NCBI GenBank assembly: GCA_947366545.1 | Contig: CANBAL010000002.1 | Coordinates: 14,889-78,888 of the forward strand | DNA: 64,000 bases | From: an uncultured Clostridia bacterium | GTDB lineage: Bacteria > Bacillota > Clostridia > Christensenellales > UBA1242 | Direction: 5' to 3' | Part shown: positions 57,156 through 64,000 of the stretch, piece after piece | Layout: each line of letters begins with the position of its first letter | How positions within the stretch are numbered: position 1 is the first letter of the stretch | Made by a program: the position numbers and the translations under genes | Notes under the pieces: model-generated | What the model was told of the DNA's origin: nothing | Seen by the model: only the letters and a program-made list of their open reading frames with translations | Database searches by the model: none

Positions 57156-58064
57156 CTAATATCTTCCTAGACGCGAAAAATTTTCATTGTACACGCCCTC
57201 AATTGTGCCTGCACCCTTACGCAAAGAAAGTAAAACATACCTTTTAAATATCTTCTCTTCGATAAGTTTGTGAAAGGATGGTTTCTTTAAAAAACTTTCA
57301 ATACTATCGCAGTGTGCGGATGCAAGTATATTGACGCCACAATTCGCACAGTAGCGTACCGCCTCAACATCTTCTTCATCACCTAGTTCGTCTGTGACTA
57401 TTAGGTTTGGTGAAAGTGAGCGTATTCCATTTTCAAACCCCACCTTTTTGCGTGCAAATGATATCTTGTCAGCATAATTTCCTAGACTTTTGCCGTTATT
57501 GATATCAAATTCACCTCGTTCGTCAAGCACAAGTACATTAAACGCGTAATTTCTTTCACTAAGTTGGCAAATAAAATCCCTTAAAAATGTTGTTTTACCC
57601 CCGCCTGGTGGAGATAGTACCAAGGTGTTTAATATGTTTTCATCCTCTAGCATCATAGGAAATACAGGAAGAGCGCAATTTTTAATTTCATGCGGTATAC
57701 GAATATTGATGCTATTAAAATTTGTCATGGTTTTGATATGCCCATTTTCTTCAATCATATCTCCGCCTATGCCTATTCTTATCCCTTCATTAGTGACAAT
57801 AAAGCCCTTTTTTATTTGCTCATTTACGGAATATATTGAACATTCACTGGCACGAAATATAATATCTTCTAGCATTATTTTGCTGGCAAATATCGCCTCT
57901 TTTAGATTGCCTGTTGTCCCCCTCTCGCTTAGAAAAAATCTTTGCATTCCTATTGCAAGCACAATAGGCTTGTCCGCACGCATCCTTATTTCATTAATCG
58001 CATTGAAACTTATTCTTTCAGTTATAATGTTGTAGATGTTTTCTGGCAGGATATTTTTAAGCAT
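57156..58064 (-). CDS. spoIIIAA: stage III sporulation protein AA (secretion-type ATPase)
   Basis: Walker A SPPGGGKTTFLRD, Walker B LIVTDELG. Confidence 0.92.
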   Translation of the reverse strand: MLKNILPENIYNIITERISFNAINEIRMRADKPIVLAIGMQRFFLSERGTTGNLKEAIFASKIMLEDIIFRASECSIYSVNEQIKKGFIVTNEGIRIGIGGDMIEENGHIKTMTNFNSINIRIPHEIKNCALPVFPMMLEDENILNTLVLSPPGGGKTTFLRDFICQLSERNYAFNVLVLDERGEFDINNGKSLGNYADKISFARKKVGFENGIRSLSPNLIVTDELGDEEDVEAVRYCANCGVNILASAHCDSIESFLKKPSFHKLIEEKIFKRYVLLSLRKGAGTIEGVYNENFSRLGRY

Positions 58065-58187
58065 AGTTCCTCCTCTCTTTTAGACTATGCTTGAGGGTAA
58101 CAAAAAAGAAACTTGCGATTTTGCAAGTTTTGTCGAAAATATTAGGATAGAAGTGCCTTAGGCACCCTATGAGGAAAATGTGTTAAA

Positions 58188-58214
58188 TAAAAAAAAGCAC
58201 GGGTGTGCTTTTTT
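58188..58214 (-). terminator. intrinsic terminator (GCAC-GGGT-GTGC type), copy 1
   Basis: AAAAAAAAGCACGGGTGTGCTTTTTT overlapping the stop of the 168-aa gene. Near-identical copy at 58779-58805. Confidence 0.75.
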
Positions 58215-58719
58215 ATGAATTTTCGTCTTCTTCCCTTTTTTTATAATAATCATAATTATCAAATGCAGAGATAACTCTTTGTGCAAAGTATTTTGTATCT
58301 GAAAATAACCAAGAATCATAATCAAGATCTTTAAGGTAAGCGTAAAACCAAGTATCTTTGTAATAATCACTTCCTGAATTATAACTGTAGCTGTTACGAT
58401 ATGAATCTAGGTTTTTCTCAATTATTTTGTCTACATGTTCTTCTTCATCTTCATCTATAGAAAAATTCGAAAAATCAATTTTATCAGGAGCCTCTAGGCT
58501 ATCTCTATGCCAATAAGAAATTCCTCTTTGGTCAAAATAATTGTTTATGATATACACTATTTCATTATATACTAAGTAATTATAGTATTGTTTATATGTG
58601 ATATGACCAGATGTGAGTTTTGGCGGAACTGTTGTATCCCCAGTTGGACTATTATCAAAATCGGTAGTTGCGTAAGAACATATGCCAGCTAATCCTAGTA
58701 AAAATAAAATTAATTCCAT
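58213..58719 (-). CDS. hypothetical secreted Tyr/Asp-rich protein
   Basis: 168 aa. Signal-like MELILFLLGLAGICS. Y/D/N-rich. Ends ...KKREEDENS. Confidence 0.55.
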   Translation of the reverse strand: MELILFLLGLAGICSYATTDFDNSPTGDTTVPPKLTSGHITYKQYYNYLVYNEIVYIINNYFDQRGISYWHRDSLEAPDKIDFSNFSIDEDEEEHVDKIIEKNLDSYRNSYSYNSGSDYYKDTWFYAYLKDLDYDSWLFSDTKYFAQRVISAFDNYDYYKKREEDENS

Positions 58720-58778
58720 TCTTTCTCCTTTCTACAATTATAAAATAGCACTAAAAGTATTGCATGTCAATAGGCAAA

Positions 58779-58805
58779 ATAAAAAAAGCACGGGTGTGCT
58801 TTTAT
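58779..58805 (-). terminator. intrinsic terminator (GCAC-GGGT-GTGC type), copy 2, after efp
   Basis: AAATAAAAAAAGCACGGGTGTGCTTTTATTTT overlapping the efp stop. Confidence 0.75.
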
Positions 58806-59362
58806 TTTACTCTTTCAAGATATGAGCCGTCACGAGTGTCGACACGAATCTTATCGCCTATATTTACAAAGAGTGGAACTTGAAGAACATATCCTGTCTC
58901 AAGTTTTGCTGGCTTTGTAGTGGATTTGGAAGTATCGCCTTGGATTCCTGGCTCACAATCTATTATCTCAAGTTCTACAAATGTTGGTGCGTATACTGAG
59001 AATGGATTGCCCTTATAGAAATACATTGTACAATTTGTGTTTTCTTTAACATAATTGAGAGCTTCTGCCACTGAATCGCGGTTGAGTGGGATTTGATCGT
59101 ATGTCTCTGTATCCATGAAATAATAAATATCGCCGTCGCTGTATAGGTAAGTCATTTCCTTTTTCTCAATTACTGCAATTTGGAATTTATCACTTGGATT
59201 GAAAGTCTCTTCCTTTACTGCGCCTGTCATAACATTCTTATATTTCACTCTTACAAATGGTGATCCTTTACCTGGTTTTACATGAAGGAAATCAACTACT
59301 GTATATACTGATCCGTCCATTTCAAAGGTGGTTCCCTTTCTAAATTCGCCTGCTGTTACCAT
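58802..59362 (-). CDS. efp: elongation factor P
   Basis: [40 protein letters not shown]... Confidence 0.97.
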   Translation of the reverse strand: MVTAGEFRKGTTFEMDGSVYTVVDFLHVKPGKGSPFVRVKYKNVMTGAVKEETFNPSDKFQIAVIEKKEMTYLYSDGDIYYFMDTETYDQIPLNRDSVAEALNYVKENTNCTMYFYKGNPFSVYAPTFVELEIIDCEPGIQGDTSKSTTKPAKLETGYVLQVPLFVNIGDKIRVDTRDGSYLERVK

Positions 59363-59419
59363 ATTCTTTTCTCCTTAATTTAATTTCGCTACTATTCTAA
59401 CATATAATCAGTCGTTTGT

Positions 59420-60274
59420 CTAGTGATTATCATAATATTTTTTCATAATACTTGCATCTCTTGGCTGCATTCCTGCTGATTCACTTATAATGCGAGGGGT
59501 AAGATTATATTCTTTTATTACATCTATCATTGGCTCAAAATCAGGGCCATATATCTCATCCTCAAAATTTAAATGGCGAATTTCACCCTTCTCCCCATAT
59601 TCAATTTTTGAAAAGTGTATATGAGAGTTATTTATTCGATTTATTCCTAGTTTTTCTATTGCATAGTCAAAAACCTTTTTATAATCCTCTTTTCCTTTTA
59701 ATCCACCATGGGTAAGAGCATTGATATGACCAAAATCAAAGGTTGGAACAAGGTGAGAATTTGTTAAGCATAAGTCTACGACCTCCTTATAAGTGCCGAT
59801 CTGAGCGGGTTTACCCATGGTTTCTGGGCAAATCCAAATGCCTTGTAAAAGCCCTTCTTCTTCCAGTTTTGAAAACATTTCTATAAACCTATTCTTGATA
59901 AGGTCAATACTTTCGCCCCTATCCTTTCCGCCGCAGGACCCAGAATGGAAAACTAGGTGATCTGCATAGCCAAAGGCTTTAAGAAACTTTATACCGGTGC
60001 GTATATACCCTTCACTTTTTGCGTACATCTCGGGATCAGGATTTGCAAAATTAATAAAGTATGGGGCATGAACACTTACAATTATATCATTCTCTTTAAA
60101 TTTTTTGCCTACCATTTCCGCCGTATCAGTTTTCATGCGATAGCCGTGACCAAATGAATACTCAAAAGCATTGAGTCCCCTTGCTTTTAGCCAGTCGGGA
60201 ACCTCAAATATTGAAGTTTTACCTTCATTTTCAAATTCTATTCCACAGCCTGATGGACCAAATCGAGTTGTCAT
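59420..60274 (-). CDS. endonuclease IV-like TIM-barrel protein (AP endonuclease family 2)
   Basis: VHAPYFINFANP, VFHSG, PETMGK, FDFGH, HIHFS metal-ligand pattern resembles Nfo. Confidence 0.78.
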   Translation of the reverse strand: MTTRFGPSGCGIEFENEGKTSIFEVPDWLKARGLNAFEYSFGHGYRMKTDTAEMVGKKFKENDIIVSVHAPYFINFANPDPEMYAKSEGYIRTGIKFLKAFGYADHLVFHSGSCGGKDRGESIDLIKNRFIEMFSKLEEEGLLQGIWICPETMGKPAQIGTYKEVVDLCLTNSHLVPTFDFGHINALTHGGLKGKEDYKKVFDYAIEKLGINRINNSHIHFSKIEYGEKGEIRHLNFEDEIYGPDFEPMIDVIKEYNLTPRIISESAGMQPRDASIMKKYYDNH

Positions 60275-60283
60275 ATTTCCCCC

Positions 60284-61138
60284 TTAAATTAATCTTTGCT
60301 TAAATTTGATTTCTTTTTCTTTTGCCTCTACAATGCCGAGGAAGGTGTTATCATTATAGGCTTTGTACTGCCCGTCTTCTACCTCTTTTATAAGCCGAAC
60401 TCCATTCAGTAAAAGCGAGGTATCTTTTTGATTAAAGTTTATTTTTTTTAAATCAAAAACGCTATCAAGCGGAATAATTTTATATTCGCCGCTTTTTATT
60501 GCTTGAATAGAATGACTATCTTTTATGTCGAAAATACCGCATTTTGTGCGTTGGATGCGAGACATCACACCATATGTTGATAGTGCTGATGCCATATCTC
60601 TGCAAAGCGACCTTATATATGTGCCACTGGAACAATGAATTAAGAAGCGAAAGGTATTGGTGTCAAGATAGGACAAAACCTTTAAATCATAGATTTCAAT
60701 CACTTTTGGTTTTAGCGGCACTTCTTCCCCTGCTCTTGCGAGGTCATAAGCCTTTCTTCCATTTATTTTTTTTGCTGAATATGCGGGTGGCACCTGGGGA
60801 AAGCGTCCTATAAAACGAGGGATTACTTGTTCGACAGCATCAAGCGATATGATTTTATCGTCTTGTGCGGTTATCTTCCCTTCAAGATCTAAGGTGTCAG
60901 TAGTTATGCCAAATTTAAAATCTGCAACATACACCTTATCTTTACTTAGAAAGTAATCGAAAAGTTTTGTCCCCTTACCAAGAGTGACAGGAAGCAAACC
61001 TTCACCCTCTACATCTAATGTGCCAAGATGCCCTGCCTTTGTGGCATTTAATGCTTTTTTGACGACATTTACTGCGGCGTTGGAACTTATACCGCGTGGC
61101 TTATCAAGTAGGACTATACCATTTATTTCATTTTTCAT
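60284..61138 (-). CDS. truB: tRNA pseudouridine(55) synthase
   Basis: GIVLLDKPRGISSN, KAGHLGTLDVEGEGLLPV catalytic Asp motif. Confidence 0.95.
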   Translation of the reverse strand: MKNEINGIVLLDKPRGISSNAAVNVVKKALNATKAGHLGTLDVEGEGLLPVTLGKGTKLFDYFLSKDKVYVADFKFGITTDTLDLEGKITAQDDKIISLDAVEQVIPRFIGRFPQVPPAYSAKKINGRKAYDLARAGEEVPLKPKVIEIYDLKVLSYLDTNTFRFLIHCSSGTYIRSLCRDMASALSTYGVMSRIQRTKCGIFDIKDSHSIQAIKSGEYKIIPLDSVFDLKKINFNQKDTSLLLNGVRLIKEVEDGQYKAYNDNTFLGIVEAKEKEIKFKQRLI

Positions 61139-62117
61139 GGACTAGCCTACTTTTTAAATATTTTCTAATCTCTTTTAAGACTATTTTTTCAGCATCTGAC
61201 ATTGACTTTGCTTTTATTACACAGCCTGCTGCACCGATATGGCCGCCCCCTCCAAGGTTTGCGGCAATTCCATTGACTGCATAACCGAGCCTACTTCGCA
61301 TTGAGCAGTTATATGTATTATTATCAAGTTCTATAATGCAACAAGAGACATTAATTCCTTTAATTGATGCGAGTTTCATACTAAAACCGTCACAATCTAT
61401 CTTCTCTGCCTTTGCTTTTTTAAGATCGGCTTGAGTGACGGTGCATATTCCGATTTCTTTATCTACGCGCTTAAAAGTCTCATAAAAAGTTTTTGTGATA
61501 TTTACCTCGGATTGTGATTTTTGACGATTTATAACATCATTTACCTTTGCTATATCCGCCTTTAACATACTAAGTTCATAAGCCGCAAGGAAGGATTCTG
61601 GATTTGTGTTTGTATTGGTAAAACTATTGGTATCAGTCAAAAGCCCTATATATAAAATGGTGGCAATTTCTGGCGAGATAATAGCCTTCATTGCTTTTAA
61701 AACTTTAAAAACAAGTTCACAACAAGAGGAAGAAGCCACATCGACATATTGTATTTTTCCTATCTCCTCTCCACAACTTAGGTGATGATCTATTTTGATT
61801 GTGTTGGGATGATGTTTTACAGCCTCCCCATAAATGCCTAGGCGTTCTACATTTGGTGTGTCTACACTTATTAATAGGTCATAGTCTTCTGGAATAATTT
61901 TGCCTGTTTTTACTAAAGAGGCATCTAAAAGTAGATTCTCTTTATCATTTAATGCCCTATTTGAATACATATCTACTTTTTTGCCTGTTTTGATTGCATG
62001 ATATAGAGCATACATGCTTGACAGAGCGTCAAAGTCAGGCCGTATATGGCAAAATAGAGCAATACTATTTGCCCTATTTATTTTATCCTTTATCTGTCTA
62101 TAAACCTTATTCATCAT
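61128..62117 (-). CDS. nrnA: DHH-family phosphoesterase (NrnA-like oligoribonuclease/pAp phosphatase)
   Basis: HIRPDFDALSS, SVDT, IDHH, DHHA1 GGGGHIGAAG. Confidence 0.85.
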   Translation of the reverse strand: MMNKVYRQIKDKINRANSIALFCHIRPDFDALSSMYALYHAIKTGKKVDMYSNRALNDKENLLLDASLVKTGKIIPEDYDLLISVDTPNVERLGIYGEAVKHHPNTIKIDHHLSCGEEIGKIQYVDVASSSCCELVFKVLKAMKAIISPEIATILYIGLLTDTNSFTNTNTNPESFLAAYELSMLKADIAKVNDVINRQKSQSEVNITKTFYETFKRVDKEIGICTVTQADLKKAKAEKIDCDGFSMKLASIKGINVSCCIIELDNNTYNCSMRSRLGYAVNGIAANLGGGGHIGAAGCVIKAKSMSDAEKIVLKEIRKYLKSRLVHEK

Positions 62118-62481
62118 CCCCTCCCTTATCTTCAGGAATTTCTAATGTTTTTAGTATCTCGTTTATTCTTATAGAGGCCTCCATGCCCTTATCATACTCG
62201 AATATAAGTTCAGGAATATATGGCATTTTTACCATCTCGGCAAGTTCTCTTTTAATATAGCCAGAGGATTTTTTCAATATCTTTAACACATTATCTATAT
62301 TTGTTCGATTGTTTGTATCAAGTCCTACCTTGACTTTACAATACTTAAAGTCTGGTGTCACATTAACCTCACTGACATACAACATATCTGTAAGGCGTGG
62401 GTCATTTAGTTTATGATTTAATATCGTTGACAAACATCTTTGAAGTTCACTGTTCGCGCGCTCTATTCGATTTGATGGCAT
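62107..62481 (-). CDS. rbfA: ribosome-binding factor A
   Basis: RIERANSELQRCLSTIL...DPRL...VSEVNVTPDFKYCKV. Confidence 0.92.
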   Translation of the reverse strand: MPSNRIERANSELQRCLSTILNHKLNDPRLTDMLYVSEVNVTPDFKYCKVKVGLDTNNRTNIDNVLKILKKSSGYIKRELAEMVKMPYIPELIFEYDKGMEASIRINEILKTLEIPEDKGGDDE

Positions 62482-62563
62482 TTTACTATCTCCTTTTTTT
62501 TATTAGGACAGACACCAAGTAGAAATCCGTCAGCCCATAAATATTTATAATGAAGGGTTATTT

Positions 62564-64000
62564 TTATGTGCGTTTTACTACTTCTTTAATGTAGAAGTTG
62601 ATGATATCATCTTCTTTAAAGTCAACATTATCACGCAATTTGATACCGCATTCGTAACCCTTTGCGACCTCGGCTTTCTCATCTTTTACTATCTTAAGGG
62701 ACTCAACTACGCTATCGCCAATTTCTTCATCACCACGCATAACTCTTGCGACTGCACCGCGTGTGACTTTTCCGTCTTTGACATAGCAGCCTGCAACCTT
62801 GCCAGCGGTGGAGAGTTTGAATACTACCCTAACCTCAGCATTTCCGATGTATTTTTCCTCATACTTAACGCTGAGCATACCTGTAATGGCGTTGGTGATA
62901 TCATCGACAACTTCATAGATGATTTTATATTGTTTAATCTCTACCTTTTGGCTTTCAGCAAGTGCTTTCGCCTTTGGTACTGGTTTTTGATTGAAGCAGA
63001 TTATTATTGCACCTGTGGTGTTTGCAAGTATTACATCAGATTCTGTCACTGCACCGGCTCCGCTATGGATGACATTTACCTTTGCCTCTTCATTTGCAAT
63101 AGCCATTAGAGCGCCTTTGAGTGCCTCGACTGATCCGATTGTATCTGCTTTTATGATTATATTAAGATTTTTAAGGCTGCCTTCATGCACCTTATTCATA
63201 AAGTTATCAAGAGTAACACCTGAGTTATGGAGACTACGCTCTTTCTTAATCTTATCAATACGCTCCTGTATTACCTGTTTTGACAAGCTTTCTTCTACTG
63301 CGTACACTTGATCGCCAGAAAGAGGAACCTCATTAAAGCCAAGCACCTGCACTGGTGTAGATGGGCCAGCACTCTTAACACTTTTGCCGCCATCGGTGAA
63401 CATTGCCCTAACCTTTCCATAAGTGATACCTGACATAATAGAATCGCCGACTTTGAGCGTACCATTTTGTACAAGCACTGATGCCACTGGTCCGCGATTT
63501 TTATCAAGTTCGGCCTCAATAACAACACCAGTAGCCATTTTCTTTGGATTGGCTTTAAGTTCCTGCATTTCACTGACAAGAAGAATCATCTTTTTAAGTT
63601 CATCAAGCCCCATGCCAGTTTTTGCGGAAATTGGAACTATAACTGCATCACCGCCCCACTCTTCTGGAAGAACATCATGCTCGGCAAGTTGTTGCTTAAT
63701 TCTATCAGGGTTTGCCTCTGGCTTATCCATTTTATTTATTGCAACTATCATTGGCACATTTGCTGCCTTAATATGATTTATTGCCTCAACCGTTTGTGGC
63801 ATTATACCATCATCAGCAGCAACAACAAGGATTGCAATATCGGTTGCCTTCGCGCCTCTTGCACGCATTGCTGTGAAGGCTGCGTGGCCTGGGGTATCAA
63901 TAAAGGTGATTTTTTCGCCATTGAAACTGATTTGATAAGCACCTATACTTTGAGTTATACCGCCTGCCTCGCCTGCCACGACATTTGTCTTTCTGAATGC
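62564..64000 (-). CDS. infB: translation initiation factor IF-2 (N-terminal part outside window)
   Basis: The frame stays open to the window edge. G-domain motifs [23 protein letters not shown], then the C-terminal beta-barrel domains. Confidence 0.95.
   Translation of the reverse strand, partial: AFRKTNVVAGEAGGITQSIGAYQISFNGEKITFIDTPGHAAFTAMRARGAKATDIAILVVAADDGIMPQTVEAINHIKAANVPMIVAINKMDKPEANPDRIKQQLAEHDVLPEEWGGDAVIVPISAKTGMGLDELKKMILLVSEMQELKANPKKMATGVVIEAELDKNRGPVASVLVQNGTLKVGDSIMSGITYGKVRAMFTDGGKSVKSAGPSTPVQVLGFNEVPLSGDQVYAVEESLSKQVIQERIDKIKKERSLHNSGVTLDNFMNKVHEGSLKNLNIIIKADTIGSVEALKGALMAIANEEAKVNVIHSGAGAVTESDVILANTTGAIIICFNQKPVPKAKALAESQKVEIKQYKIIYEVVDDITNAITGMLSVKYEEKYIGNAEVRVVFKLSTAGKVAGCYVKDGKVTRGAVARVMRGDEEIGDSVVESLKIVKDEKAEVAKGYECGIKLRDNVDFKEDDIINFYIKEVVKRT

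Noticed and set aside
58065-58140. Sigma-E promoter for the spoIIIA operon (CATAGTCT about 20 nt upstream of the spoIIIAA ATG).
   Set aside because: Only the -10-like element is visible. There is no convincing -35 at the right spacing and the implied 5' UTR is very short. It is too weak to call.

Overview
AT-rich chromosomal core region of an endospore-forming Firmicute (Clostridia-like), densely packed with housekeeping genes. Plus strand: lysS, nth, obg, yhbY, rsfS, ywlE-rpiB, gap, tig-clpP-clpX, pheST, a cysteine desulfurase with thiI, argR-recN-spoIVB, serS. Minus strand: rny, tgt-queA, ruvCAB, yebC, rplT-rpmI-infC with an L20-type leader and AUU start, xseBA-nusB-asp23, the full spoIIIAA-AH operon, efp, truB-nrnA-rbfA-infB. 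One tRNA-Leu is present. I saw no CRISPR array, IS element or rRNA. Orphan and accessory genes sit between the core blocks, mainly 27.3-29.1 kb, 30.4-37.4 kb, 39.1 kb, 48.7-51.1 kb and 58.2 kb. Main second-look items: (1) Five homopolymeric G/C tracts, each exactly 9 nt, in visibly AT-rich DNA. Two lie in the spacer of near-identical consensus promoters driving two similarly built membrane proteins, which suggests phase variation. Three lie in-frame in accessory enzyme genes. (2) A 32-bp perfect-arm palindrome just upstream of a long, apparently leaderless tyrosine recombinase gene. A 24/25-identical second copy lies 11.65 kb away in direct orientation, and a partial third copy sits at a membrane-anchored PadR gene. 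(3) A 178-nt GC/purine-rich, hairpin-dense insert flanked by perfect 34-nt direct repeats in the obg leader. (4) A perfect 57-bp in-frame tandem duplication of the PLP-lysine motif of a cysteine desulfurase. (5) A tRNA-Leu whose canonical fold gives anticodon AAG, next to a degenerate tRNA-Leu fragment. (6) A dispersed REP-like hairpin repeat family. (7) Breaks in the conserved efp...spo0A synteny. All functional calls rest on motif recognition by eye; no database search was run.
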